Shown here piece after piece: positions 9,960 through 24,038 of a DNA stretch of 64,000 bases. The stretch's first letter is position 1, and each line of letters begins with the position of its first letter. The notes below the pieces were generated by a model. The model searched no databases and was not told the origin of the DNA. It saw nothing but the letters and a program-made list of their open reading frames with translations. Made by a program: the position numbers and the translations under genes. The stretch is from Takakia lepidozioides (lineage: Eukaryota; Plantae; Bryophyta): the NCBI GenBank assembly GCA_030704615.1, contig CM060731.1, positions 42,842,001 to 42,906,000 on the forward strand, in the 5' to 3' direction.

Positions 9960-11690
9960 GGTTCTTTCTGTTGTAGGTACCACTGCTCATTCGGGCCAGA
10001 GGACAAGACTTCTGCTGTCTTAGAGGTTACATCCGCCATGGCAGTGAAGAAGTGGAAACCCAAACCTCCAAAGAAGAAGGGTAGAAAGGCAAGAGGTGTT
10101 GCAACAGTTAAAGAGCAAAAATCAAAAGTACTGAGGACATCCAAAACAAAATCTGGTGAAGGGGATATATATGCCGATTTGCAGTCAAGCAATGCTATTT
10201 GGACCCAGAAATCGTTGTGTACTACGAGAAGAGGCACGTAAATCGGGCGGGAGACATATCCCATGGGCCAGCACATGATTGTGGTCGGGTTGCATTGGTC
10301 CCCCACATCAGCGAAGAAATGAAAGCCTGGGTACTGCATAAGTTACGACTTGGACTAAGCATCAACAAAATCATGGCGAAGCACATGCAGTGGATGAAGG
10401 AAACTATGGAAGCTAGATTTCCGGTCCCCTCGCTCCTCTGTATTCCTGATCAATTCTGTTGCATGCTTGTTCATCCTTTGTACACCATGATGGTGTTTGA
10501 TGAGTGGCTGAATGGTATTCCAATCGCGTACATAATCACGGCAAGATGCAAAGCCACAGATCTGCGACCTTGGATGCAGGCACTAAACCAGCAAATGCAA
10601 GCCGTCAAGGCCGAGTGGAGCCCTAACGCCTTCATTGTCAACGACGCAGATGCGAAAATCGGTAACTCCGCCTCCTACACTGCTGATCCTTTCACATATC
10701 CAACGTGCACACATGTGTTACAGTCATTCAATCTCACAACAAACAGCTCTGTGTGGGGGGTTGTGCAATTTTCCTATGTTTGTGGCATGTTCGGCGAGCC
10801 TAGCAAAAAAATGTGGTCTCCAAGATCAGAGATCCAGAAGTACGTGCCGCAGTATTGCAGGATCTTGCAAAGATCATGTATGACAGAAAATGCACATCTG
10901 GGGATGCAGGTGAGGCTTAGGTACTATACCAAATCATCTCCTTGCGGGAGAAGTACCCCAACGAGACTGTATTCTGCGACAACATGGACACCGAGTGGCT
11001 TTTGAAAGCGAAAATGTGGATGAAAGGTTCTAGAAACATACCACATGCCTTTCAAGACACTAATGTTGTCATAGAAACTTATTATGGCAACCTCAAGGCG
11101 CAATTGAAGTGCACCAAAAGTGTTTTGACTAGCATAAAGGTAGATTGGCTCATCTCCGAACTCACTGGTGATGTCCTTACCCATTACTGGTACATGTTTC
11201 ATGCGAAAGCGCATGAATTTGTCAGAAACAAACGGCTGGAGGGGTTTGTTTGTAGTTCCATATTGCTTGCCAAGCACGTTCCAGATGGCAACGTCCAACT
11301 ACCACAGACCCCTGGTGGCCCTGCACTTGTTCACTGCGCACGGGAATTGGGTAAGACATTCACAATTCAAAAACCTGAATCAGACTGGGCTTATTGTGAT
11401 TGCTCTTGGGCCCAGAAGGGGAATATGTGCGCACACCAAGTGAAGGTTCTGCAGATGATCCACCCTCATCTCGAGGATGGCCTCATCGCAAAGTTCTGTG
11501 GAACTTTGATGGGCACATCTAAAGGTGGCCTTCACAATTTGGTGAGAGATTCTCAATCCCCGACTTATATCCCTTCATCTTCGCAAACTCTCCACATCAG
11601 AGGTCCCCTTCTTTGTCTCAGAAGAGTTCATTGCAGAACGTGCAGGCCTAGATTTCCACAGAATGGCAAACCATTCTGCAACTGACAGAG
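9960..11690 (+). mobile_element. Degenerate MULE-like transposase with SWIM zinc finger
   Basis: YHCSFGPED; PLYTMMVFDEWLNGIPIAYIIT; AFIVNDADA; QDTNVVIETYYGNLK; SWIM motif CDC-x7-CAH (CDCSWAQKGNMCAH). Broken across frames. Confidence 0.75.
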
Positions 11691-13457
11691 TCCAGTGACT
11701 ACCTCTAGCAACATCTCCTTGCCTTGATAAGAGCTGCAAAGGGAAAGATTCTTGAGTTGACTGCCATGATGGAGGAGGGTGCTCAATACCCTCGCGAGGA
11801 ACCAGTTATGAATGTTGTCCGGTAGGCTTCCTGCCCTGAGTTTAAATTTCAGTCTAGTGCCGAGAGTGGGTTGCGCTTGATTTGGATGTGACATATTGAT
11901 GCGTCTACTCCCCTGTCCACACCCAAGAACTCAGTGTTGCACGTACTCCTTGAGCAACTTCTGTACACCAGCGAAGGTAAGACTGCGATTAGAAATGTTG
12001 CAGCGAAATTCATGTCATTTGGACAGTTACTATATGGTGGCATGGCCCCCTACGAGGAGGTCAAGAGGGGGGTGCTCGAAACTGCACATGACCTTGTTGA
12101 CCGGCCATCCAAGATGTCCTATCCAGCCTATATGCTGCGGGTTTGGGGCCTGGGGATGTCCGGGAGGATATCATCCTGGTCAAAAAGCTCCCTGTCGTCC
12201 TCCTCAACATGGTCAGCCACCGGCGAAACCACCTCGAGCACTCTCCCCGTCTCTACTGCCCTCTCCCCGGCTTCACCTCGAACTTGCACAATCCGTGCTC
12301 TTTCTGGTGTTCTTTCCTCTCCTCCACTCTCCACCGTATGGGTAATTGCAGGGGCTGCTCTTGCCCGCGATGGTCTAACCAGTGTGTTACTGCCTCTTTG
12401 TGGTGTCTTGGAGGGATCCACCGTCTCTGTGCGTCCCTAGCTTACACATAATTCCTGACATGGCCATGACCTAAAATTTGGTTCTGGGTTGGTTTGAAGT
12501 CCTATGTACCTCCGGCTGAGCTCTAAACACAGTTCTTTGGAACTGTACAATGACACATTAATCAATACAAATCCAGTCAGAACCTGGGCAGACAACTCTT
12601 GTTTTCCTTCCTGAGAAAAAGGAAACATGAGTTCACTCTTCTTAAAGTGGGTACTTCGGAGAGCTTTTGGATTGTTTCAGATCAGCAGCTCAAGCAGCTA
12701 TTGAGGACACTGGGAATCGTCCCAGCAATCAGCACCTACTTCAGGGGACACTAGCATTATTGCCAATCCCTGCGTGGGACTATAAACAATTGTTCCATAC
12801 TCCACAATTTTTTCGTACATGCTACAGAATTCAGTCTTGTTCTGGAGTGGGTGAAGGAGTCCCTGACCTTGAACTCCAACATGCACAAACTGATGTTTTA
12901 GTGTGAGGGAGTCATGCAAAGCCAATTCATGGAGCATCAACCAACAACAGAATACCCACATACAATTACGTTCACTATGTGAACTTACTTGCAGCCGTCA
13001 TGGGATTCGATCTTGGTCAGTTCAATAATTACAATCACTATGCAAACTTACTAGCCGCCGACATAGGATTGGTGAGTTGAGGCTGGCTTTTGACAACACA
13101 TGCAAGTTAGTCAAGGGCTCTATCTGAAGTGGCACCATGAGAAACACAAACATGTCCATACAAGCTTCGAAGAAGCCCCACCATCCACAACACAATCAGA
13201 ATAGCGCTCTGATTTCATCACCAGAGACAGTCAGAATCCCCCTTTCACTCAATACCTGCTCCAGCCACGTGCAATTAGGGGCTGACTTTCCACCTATGCT
13301 GGGTAGACCCCACTATGGCTCTTGGGAGGTTGATATGCCAGAGGAAATGCCTCAACAGTACATCATCGCCAATATTCTCAGAATGGTGGATGGACGAAGT
13401 AGCTATGCACATCATGAATGAAGCAAGACACTTGCACCTTTTCAGTAAAACATTGTT

Positions 13458-16400
13458 TCACCAGTAATCCCCACAAGAACAAATCCCATCTTCAAAGTGG
13501 TGAAAGCGGTTAGCATCCCGTACCACAATTGCTCGGCCAACAATCTTTGATATGAACTTGGTGGCCGTGTGGCAGTCACCACACACCCGAAGATTCTTGA
13601 TCAGACGCAGACGCGTCCCAGGGGCCGTGCTGATCAGCCCGAAACCAATAGCCAGCCTCTCACTGGGGAGGCAAAGAGAAAATTCCTTTTGGTCCTCCCC
13701 AACATCATGCAATATAAAGCGCGTGTCAGGTACATACCCTGCCTCCTCCATCTGCCCAGACAAGCTTCTCAGCTCAGCATGGATTTCCTCAATTCTGGGA
13801 TGCAATTTGTCATCTACAACAAAGGTGTGCACCCTGTTGCCAATCTCAATGCGGCAGCGACCTGGCTCCTTTCTAACCCCTCTGGCCTTCATCATTTTTC
13901 TCACCTTTGCAGTATCGTCCTACCTGCCAGCTGCGGCATAGATGTTTGATAGCAACACGTAAGTCGCGGCATCCTGTTCATTCCACTTGAGAATAGATGT
14001 TGCTGTGCGTTCAGCCATCTCCACATTGCCATGGATTCTGCAGGCACCAAGCAAGGCCTTCCACACCACAGGATCTGGTTTCATTGGCATTTTATTAATG
14101 AGGTCCTCTGCCTCATCCAATTGCCCTGCACGTCCAAGAAGGTCCACCATGCAGTCAAAGTGCTTTCCTATTGGAGTGACGCCATGAACTTGACTCAGGG
14201 AATCAAAGTAGCATCTTCCTTCATCCAGTAGGCCAACGTGGCTGCATGCAGAGAGAACACATATAAAGGTGATACTGTTCAAGCCTTCCGTTTGCATTCC
14301 TTCAAACAGTTGCAGGGCCTCCCTATGACAACCATGCTGGGCATATCCTGCAATCATTGCATTCCAGTTCAGCCATATTCTCGAACACTCCCCTTGCATC
14401 CTCGATGCTCCCGCATTTAGCATACATGTCCACCAGGGCAGTGTTCAGGATGACGTCTGGCACAATTCCAGCTTTGATGATGTCACCATGAACCGCTTTG
14501 CCCTTTTCCAGCGCTGCCAGGCTAGCACAAGCATTGCAAACGCAAACAAAAGTGATCCGGTCTGGAATTACCCCTTGCTGCACCATTTGCTCATATGTCT
14601 CCAAAGCCTCCATCCCGAACCCATGCTGGGCATATCCTGCGATCATTGCGTTCCAGGACACCACATTTCGTTCAGCCATTGTGTTGAAAACTCCCTTTGC
14701 ATCCTCAATGCTCCCACATTTGGCATACATGTCCACCAAGGCAGTGTTCAGAAAGACATCTGGTACAATTCCCGCTTTGATGATGTCACTATGGACATTT
14801 TTGCCCTTTTGCAGAGCTGCCAGGCTCGCGCACGCAGTGCATACGCAAACGAACGTGACCCTGTCCGGCTTCACCCCTTTCCGCGCCATTTGCTCATACA
14901 TCTCCAAAGCCTCCATGCCACACCCATGTTGGGCATATCCTGTGATCATCGCACTCCAGGATACAACATTTCGTTCAGCCATGTTGTTGAAAACCGCCTT
15001 CGCATCCTGGATGCTGCCGCATTTGGCATACATATCCACCAAGGCAGTATTCAGAATGACATCTGGTACAATTCCCGCTTTGATGTCAGCATGGACCTCT
15101 TTGCCCTGTTCTAGTCTTGCTAGGCTCGCACACGCCTTGCAAACAGAAATTTGCCCTTTTCCAGGGCTGCCAGGCTTGCACATGCATTGCAAACACAAAC
15201 AAACGTAATGTGGTTGGGCTGCACACCTTCCCCTAACATTTGCTCATATGTCTCCAAAACATTCTTACCACACCCGTGCTTGTTAAATCCTGCCATCATA
15301 ATATTCCACGAGATCAAACCACGTTCAGGCATTTTGTGGAACACTTTGTGTGCATCCACAATGCTTCCACACTTAACATACATGTTGACAAGGGTGTTGT
15401 GTAGGAAAACAGTTGACCTGACCCTGCTTCGGATAATGTGAGCATGCACCTGCTTTCCGGCTTCCAGGCTTTTCATCTTGATGCACTTACACAAGAGACA
15501 GACATGAGTATCTGAATCTGCTGAAATGCGTCCTTGATTTAGAATCTGTAGAGCCTCTTTCAAATGCCCTGCCTCACATAGCATCCTCACATGCCAGAAG
15601 TGCCAGAAGGGGTATTATGGATTCCCTCTCTTGGTCCTCTTTTGGAAGCTGTGGTCATGGTGAAGGTGCCTGATTTTATCAACTGTGCCACTGCTGTTGC
15701 TTCCAGTTGACCATCTACCCATGCAGGTTTCTTGTAGCTATCTACCCACAGGGATTCACAGGTAATCTTGTGCTTGAACTCTGGCCCTCTTGCAGAAATC
15801 TGGACACCCACTCCATCCCTGCTCCTTCAGCTATCCGAGCCTCGGAAACAATAATGCATACATCCTCCCCTTGCTGCTAGCAGCTAACAATGACAACCTA
15901 ATTTTTTTCTAGCAAATACTCCAACCCTACTTATCGAACTCTAGTTCCTACACTGAATTGCTCCAAGACATTCAAAATGTGCTGCAATGCATCTTGTTGT
16001 CTGCTTCTCTGTAAAATCATTCACCTTTTTGCCTCGATTGTCCCACCGTTGACCTGGGTCCGAAAAATATTCCTTCCAAAGCTTCTCCTCATCTTTGTTT
16101 TCTGTTTTTGGATAATTGCCTATTGCCACATTGGCAGTAATATGTCAAAATCACTCCAAGCCACCATACGTCCACCAGATGAGCTATCTTGCAGGACTCA
16201 ACATAAGAAATTAGGATAAGAGGAGAAAACAGGCTGAAACGTGTTGGGAAGAAGGTGCTCTCACCACATTGTCCTTGACCTTGTGTCATGAAAGCACCTA
16301 GGTTTTTTTTCACCCAAGGAGGATTCAACCAACCATCAACCCAAAGGACCTCTTGTTTGCGCTGCTTGTGTCTGTAGCCAGGTGAGCTCGGATTGGTCTG

Positions 16401-17668
16401 TGAGAGTCACCAGAGTGCAGCTGAATATATTTAAACATGCCCCCCCTAAGACCAAGCTGAACCTCCCGTGTACCTTGTAAACACAAGGAAAAAGAATCAC
16501 GAATACTGAGAGGAAGAGCCCACTTTTGCAGAACAGAAAATTTTATTCACATTGTATATTAAGAAAGCCACACCTTGCCATTGCGGTTATCCCACCACTG
16601 TGCAGGATCTTTAAAAAACTCATGCCAGCGCTGCTCCATGCTCCACAGTAGACCTTGTGCCCAAAACTCCGACAGCATCAACACTTTGGCCCGTTTGCTA
16701 ATGGAGGAGTACTAGTGTAGCTTTCATGCAAGTCACTGTGGACTCCATTGGACTCTACCCAGTAAGGAACATACCAACTTGCCCAAAGTTACACATATGC
16801 TAAACAAGCTTGTGCATGACAAGGCTGCCCTCTAATCAGGTCGGTGGGAGTCATACTCACTTTCATCTACAAGCTTCAAAGGAGCTCCACCATCTACACC
16901 AGAATCAGAACCGCTCTTGATATCTGTCCACCATCACGAGATTGTTCTCGATCTTGTGGCATGGCAATTAGTCTTTCTTTCAACCAAGGAGGATTGAACC
17001 AACCCTTCATCCACCAGCCCTCGTGTGTTTGCTGCTTATGTCTGTAGTCTGGAGATTTTGGAGTGGTCTGTGGAAACGAGCAGGGAGCGCTGAGCAGCCA
17101 CAGTCTCAACCATCCCAAGTGCCTTGCGAACCCCAGAGAAACACCTAGCGCAATCCCTACTTTCGTTCACTCCGATATTGACAGTAAAAGCACATTTTGC
17201 AGAGCAAAGCGAAATTCAACTAGGGGTACAATCCACTGCAGACAATATTATCACACCAGAGTTCAATCAAACTCCCTCGGCATCCTACAACAAGAAATCT
17301 CACCTTGTCACCGTTGCAGTCCCACCATTGATCTTCATAGAACTCCTGCCAGCGCTGTTCCATGCTCCAGTGTTGACCTACGTGCGAAATTGACCAATTA
17401 TCCGCCTGGTCTAACATCACTTGTGCTTTCTCGATTCTTTGCCTTGTTTCTGCTAAATTGCTCGAAAGACAATTCCACGCCTGGCACCCCTGAAGATTGG
17501 GGAGGCGCCAATGCAACTACATGCAAGGGATTCCGTCCTGTGCGCATTGCGAAGGGGGATGCCACGCTCCAAAGCCAAGCCCCTCAATCCGCAGCATGAC
17601 GCGATGCCTCCCGCCTTGGGTATGGAGTCGGCGTGCGCGGTCCAGAGAACGCCGGGAGACGTTTCCAT
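13458..17668 (-). pseudogene. Locus C: PDF(x3)-PLS-E-DYW gene, pseudogenised
   Basis: Inferred exons 17668-17304, 17067-16861, ~16754-16574, 16397-16265, 16119-16025 and 15799-13458. Frameshifts at ~15590, ~15150 and ~14368, TAG at 13920, and the catalytic HSE changed to PSE. Confidence 0.88.
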
Positions 17669-18394
17669 CCCCGCCTGTGAGAGTGAGAAATTGGCAGAGG
17701 ATATGTTTGTGGTCCAGAAGTCCAGACCTTTGGGAGCTAGGGTGAGATGGAGGCTTCCCAGCAGCGCCTTCTTTTCCACGCTGCAGTCTCATCTGCTGCA
17801 GAAATTTGCAAGGAAAGCTTCCACCCGCTGCTCCACATCATCATCATCGTTGGTTGCGGCTCCATGCTTCTGATTCCGCGGGTCAATTTCCTTGGTTTCA
17901 GTAAGTGAGGGGTGCTTGCTACAACACTGCCAAACACTGAATTCAAAGAAGAATTTCTCCACATCCCTGTCCTGACTCAATTAGTGCACATTCCCACTTG
18001 TGCAGTTGGTCCGTGTATTCGCAACCCCCATGCAAGAAACGATTGCAACAGCAGGTGCGAGGTACCATGAGGGTCATGGTGCGAGGTACCATGAGGCCCA
18101 ACTCAAACCCCCATTCCTCAGTTCCTCTATTGTCTAGTTAACGAGTACGACGTGTTTATATATTTGGAGTGAGTGACGTTTCGCGGGTTTCGCGAGGTTC
18201 CACAAGCAGCACCCTCCAAATTTGGTGCACCATCACTTAGACCCTCGATTGTCCATGTGGTGAGCCGCGGTGAGTCTTGGCCCACCCACATGGCCCCAAT
18301 GGACCATGGTGAGTCCCAAGACTCCCCCCGACTCCCACCACAAGGCCTCAGCCTCATAGCGAGTCCTATATCACCCCCAGTACGACTCCCTGCG

Positions 18395-18915
18395 TTACCA
18401 CCACCCCTCGTAGAGCCCCATAACCGCCACCCGGTTTGCGGGGCTCCACCTAGTGAGCGCCACCGCCTCCTTTGAGTGCCGAAGGCACTCAATGGTGCTT
18501 GAGTCCCCTTTCTTATTTGTTGTCATTGCTCCCACCACAAGGGCAGCCCCTCTTGTGTCCCGACCCCCCGCCCTCAAGGCACACCACATTGTCTCGTCCA
18601 CGTCGAACATTGCCAAAGTGTCTTGCCACCTAAGTTGTTTTGGGGACAACTTAGGCTGTGTGACAAAATACTTCACCATGACATTGTCCGTGAACACCTT
18701 CACCGGATTGGAACCAACATAGTGGTGTCAAAGCTAAAGGCAATGCACCACCGTCTTCATTTCTTTATCGTGCGTAGGCCACCATCGCTCCATTTCATTC
18801 AGTTTCTAGGCTTTCGTAAGTCACTGGACATCCATCCTGCATGAGCACACCTCCGATTGCGAAGTCCGACGCATCTGTATGAATCTCAAATGGACGGTCT
18901 CCAAACTGCATGGAA
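18395..18915 (-). mobile_element. Ty3/gypsy LTR-retrotransposon RNase H fragment
   Basis: RPFEIHTDASDFAIGGVLMQDG (~18900-18830) and KVFTDNV..KYFVTQPKLSPKQLRWQDTLAMFDVD. Confidence 0.8.
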
Positions 18916-19959
18916 AGAGGTGCAGTGCTTTCCCCACTGCAATGCATCAAGACATGTTTGCTACCATAGTGCCCACCTACAGATCGTCGAACTCCGGGAT
19001 TTTAAAGACACAATCAGGATTTTTGTTGTTCTGCCATCAAAGTTGCCACTGACAGGGCCTGATAGAGACCAATTTCAAGTCCTAAATTTTTCCCCAGCCG
19101 GCGTGGGTGGATCCTGAGGAGGAGTTTTCACATTGAAGTTGCATTTTCGAGTTTTAGTTTAGTCTGTCTTGTTATTATTCCCGTTGACCGCGACAGTATG
19201 AGTAGGCATGCAACCGTTTCTAGTTTACTTTTAATTTAAATATGTAGCTTGCGGCTAATCAACTGGTGGCTTGATAACTTCTAGCTTCGGTGAACAAACA
19301 GGCGACTGTGCAATTTGCACTCTGTAAGAGTTTTGACCTTCTATTATATATTAACATTGGAGTACATAGTCATGCCGGATTTTTCCACTTTTCAACAATT
19401 TCGAATGTGATATAGAATATGATGTTCTCTACAGTTATGAGGAGAGATTGAGTTATTTCTCAGCAGTTGTGTTCAAACATTACTTGTTTTTTGTTGTCAC
19501 ACAAGAACTAGTGACAAAATGGCATCGTTTATCTACACTAAATATCCTTGCATGATTGGTTTGGCATTGGTGTAGGTGAGTGTCCTCCTTACACTTCCTG
19601 CTCTCACCAGCTTCTTAAGTGCTTTATGCTCATGTGGTAATACTCTATTATCTAGACTTGTATGAGACCCTATTACACTAGCATTGTATCTAGCTGTTTA
19701 CCAAGTATTTGTTTAATGGCAAGGTATTATGTGAAGTACTTAGTTCTACCTATTCTGAAAATTGTTTTCTTTGAGCAGAGCAAGTATCAGTAGTATTGTG
19801 GCTAGTGCATGCATATTTGCACGAGTCAAGGGTGATATCTAGCATTGAGTATCTTTCAACAACAGTGATCTATGTGGAGCCTCAACTTAGGTTGCCCTCA
19901 GAATCTAAGATTTTGAATCTACGTCGAGGGAGACCATGCCAGACGGTTGGATGCTCGGC

Positions 19960-20348
19960 AGACAACTTGATAAACAAAATGCCAATCAAACCAGGTGCAT
20001 CAGTGTGGGGGGGGCTTGCTTGGTGCTTATAGAGTTCACAGTGATTTGAAGCTAGCAGAATGTGCAGCAAAATGCCTTCTCGAATCAGATCCACGCCACC
20101 CTGCGCAGCCTACGTGCTGCTGCAGCTGGCTGGTGGGACGATAAATCAAAGATGAGACAGATGATGGAGGATAGAGGAGTCAGAAAGGAGCCAGGACGGA
20201 GCTGCATTGAGGTTAATAAACAGATGCATACATTTGTTGTAGATGACAAACTGCGCCATCCACAAATTGAGGAAAATCCATGCTAAGCTGAAGAGGTTGT
20301 CTGGGCAGATGAAGGAGGCCGGGTATGTGCCTGATACGCCTTTCGTGG
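19960..20348 (+). pseudogene. PPR S2-E-DYW fragment
   Basis: LINKMPIKPGASVW...[68 protein letters not shown]. Frameshifted and truncated before the HxE motif. Confidence 0.85.
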
Positions 20349-21039
20349 TTGTCACAAAGGGCAGCTCACAGACGCATTCAGTTCCAGACTACCATTTGGT
20401 GACAAAAAAAAACAAATGATGACCTTGGGTGGGCTGGAAATTGGCCTGGCAGACCAGACTAGGAGGCTTAAAGGTTAAGGTCCCATAGCTAGGAGGATGT
20501 CTCTGCCATTAATCCTCTCGCTTCCACTATCTTGCCCTTTGTCATCTACCAGCCTTTCAATCTTTTGTTTTCTCTCCTTATTTTCCCTTTGTCCTACATC
20601 TTTCCTCCACGTTCATATTGCGACCTCTGGACGTCGCAGCAGGCGCAGCAACGCTGTCACAGTAACGACGTTTTTCCGTCGTTTTTTTATTTTTTTATTT
20701 TTTTAATCAAGTTTGTATTTTACAGGAACCTCCCTACGACCCCCTGCCGTTGAAACAGCAAGCAGGCGTTGCAGATTCCAAGGCCACCCCTGCTGCGACG
20801 TTGGGCCGTCGTTACTGCCCGCGTGCCTAGGGCTCCCTCTTCCCCATCCTGCCATCATCCGACATCGGGGCGGCGCAGCCAGCCCCATGCGTTGCGTCTG
20901 CGACGTTGGGGTGTCGCAATTTCTACAGCCCGACGGATGTCTGCTCTCCAACATCACAGAAAGGGCCGTGATGCCGCCGGCGCCGATTCACTGCCACGCC
21001 CACGGTTGGGTCCCAAACGGGCATCACTGACCCCCCATT

Positions 21040-22585
21040 TTCCTATAGTGTTTGATTTGTGGATGTCCAGATCGGGGTTTGACACTTTTTCTCTGGTCAT
21101 TAACTTCATCAATGAGGAGTGGCTTCCATGCCATGTTACTGTAGGTTTGTTTGAGGCACTAGACACTTTTGGCGCAACACTGGCGGAACAAGTTAAAAAA
21201 CTTCTGGCCGAATACAAACTTACAGACAAAATTATCTTGTATGTGAAGGATGAAGGGCTAACTTAATACTCTGGCTCAAGCTCTCACATCAGTTATGTCT
21301 TGCACACCTCTGCAACTTCAATCATCATTTGTTGGTGTTTGTTTTGGGCATCTCATGTCAAAGGCTTGCCAATACGCCACAACTAAGAGCAAAGTGGGGC
21401 CTGGAATGAAAGATGTTAGCCTTGTGGATGCTCAAATGCCTTGCAGAAGACAATAATATGGACTAAAAAATCAGGAAAGGGAAGACATCAATGGGATCTT
21501 GCTTGTAAGGAAGTTGGATTGTGGCCAAGAAAGCTTAAAACCCCTGTCAAAACTCGATTTGCCTCAAATGTGGTGCTCTTCCAAGTGACCTTGGAATATT
21601 CTGCAGTGATTAACTTGTGCTACAGTCGACAGTCATTACGACTTCAATTTCGGGTACCTGGGGATTCAACATGGGCCATTGCCGAGGCAGTCATCTCACA
21701 CATATTATGAAACAATGCATTTTAAATCAAACTAGAGGATATTGGCTATTGTCGGATGCTTTGTTTGCGGCATTCTCTATTGCTACAAAAATGAGTCAAG
21801 ATTATAATCGTCGGGCAGTCAAGAACCCTCCACTAACATGTGGTGATTTTGAGCAAAAGTTGGAAATCTTGTATGCTCAAATGGGATGAGAAGTTATCAA
21901 TGTCTTGCAGCCTTTTCTGTCTTTTGCAGTCACTTTTAATCGAGGCCATGCACATAATATGTGTGCACTTATGCTTGATCTTCGGTACAAAGCCTCCCTT
22001 CAGTGCATCATGGACTATGGAGGACGAGAAAATACAAATGCTAGTGCAGAAGAGTATGATTCACAAGTCATGTTGCCACTATTGGTAACTACATTCAAGC
22101 ACCTCAATCCAGCCTGTGCACATAGTCCTCCTCCAAAAGAGTCACTCCTTCATGAATCACTATGTGGAGTTTCTGCCTCGACTGAGGAGACGAGCTTAGG
22201 GCTTGTAAAAAGTGAGTTGTCATTGTATTGCTGATTATTGTGAATCCAGATGATGTCAAGTCTCCATTATTGTGGTGGAAGGATCATGAAAGCCGCTTTC
22301 CCAATGTAGGGTTTTTGGCTCGCCAATTTCTAGGAATACCAGGTTCGCAGATTGAGACCGAACGCATATTCAACATTGCAGGGATACTTACCAACATGCG
22401 TTGATGCCGACTTGGAGTGAAGAACATGGACAATTAGTGATGATTTTGAAGAACTGACCTAGCGATGGAATGATTAGTTGCCCTCTTGCTGATAAGGGAG
22501 TGGAAGAATTCATTGCTGAAGATAATCTCCTTGAAGATTATGAAGAAGAACTTGAAGATGCTGGTTACTTTGAGGATGTGTTGTA
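21040..22585 (+). mobile_element. Degenerate hAT transposase
   Basis: FDLWMSRSGFDTFSLVINF, YVKDEG, KTPVKTRF, and the hAT dimerisation domain PLLWWKDHESRFPNVGFLARQFLGIPGSQIETERIFNIAG. Multiple stops and frameshifts. Confidence 0.85.
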
Positions 22586-24038
22586 GGGCAGTTGCAGGCT
22601 AGAGTGTCTCAGTTTTGGCAGATGGTAACGTCAATGAAAGTCCATGATTTTTTTCTTATTTGGGAGCATATTTTGCGAGGTTGATTCTTATAAAACTAGA
22701 CAATAGTATACTTGACACCTTTTGGGTTTTTCAACTCCAAAATGCACAATAGTTTAGGATGTATCACACTTCCGAAGATTTGAAGATTTGAACCGTGACT
22801 GACCTGGCCCAGATATATAACACTCAAATATAACATGGTAAATGGCCTGCTCTTTCTTGAATCATGTTATTGGATTATGTATTGACCTCAAGTTTCTAGG
22901 TGAAAGCACACATCTGATGGAAAGGACCCACAAGTTCTAGTCCGCGCAATGAGCCAAATGTGGAGTGCAAAGTCCCCAAGGTGGCTGCCAAGATTTCTAC
23001 CACTAAAATGGATCCATTTGTGCTCCCATATTTGCATTAAGAGAAAGGAACTTGATGTGTACTTACCAACAAATGGCATAGAATAAGCTCTGACATCGCC
23101 GCAAGAGATATGCCCGGGAATGTTGAAAACCTAAAGTGGGGGAGGCACTAAAGAGAAAAAGCACTCGCAACAACCATATGGCACAGGGTTCAGAAAAACG
23201 GAAGGAGGGAGGGAGAGAGAAATGACTCTCTAGTTGAAAATCAGACCAATGTACAGTACACACCCCACACAACTAAGGGTGTAGCAAAGTGTAAACATAA
23301 TCTAATCACAGTTCAGTATGAATCTTGTAGAGGATGTACTGTACAAAGCTTAGCTTTGTGGGTTGAGAGCTGTAACTATGGTACATCGATCCCACACTCA
23401 AGGTAAGCAAATAAGTCATGATACACTCAGAAGACTTCCCAAGAAACACCACGCGATGAAACTCCCTTCGCAGTAGAATAGCTTACAATAGGCTTCTCCA
23501 CTGCGCATATTCCCTTTGCAACATGTCACCAAATAAGGTACTCATGAATATCTTTTGGGTCAGGATAACCACAAAACCCAATTCGAAGGCCATTGACTTG
23601 TTGAATGAACATTGTGTGCACCAAACACAACACTTCTCCAACTTGGCAAAACCATGCGGCCACACCCCAGCCTGCAACTTCACTGAATGTGACCATGCTT
23701 GGATGCTGGGAAAGGAAATGCTTGTGTGGGTGCCATAATAGCAAAGATCGAACCCCCGCGCTTTTGGCCAATAAAGGTTGACCCAAAATAGCAGCGCTCA
23801 TCAGTAGCTTCATGCTTGTATGTCTCCCAAACCTTCACATCCTTGTGAAAAGGAAGTGGAAGGTAAGGACAAGCCTGCCCCAAGTAAATATTTCTCTTAC
23901 TCTGAGAACCCCACAACCGGGTACCCATTCTCTTACAGGTATTGCGCAGCCCATTTTCACAAGGAACAGCCTGTAGTACACCTCTTCCTCCCTCACAACA
24001 AAGACAAAGATGAGCTGAAACTGGAACCATTTCAATTT

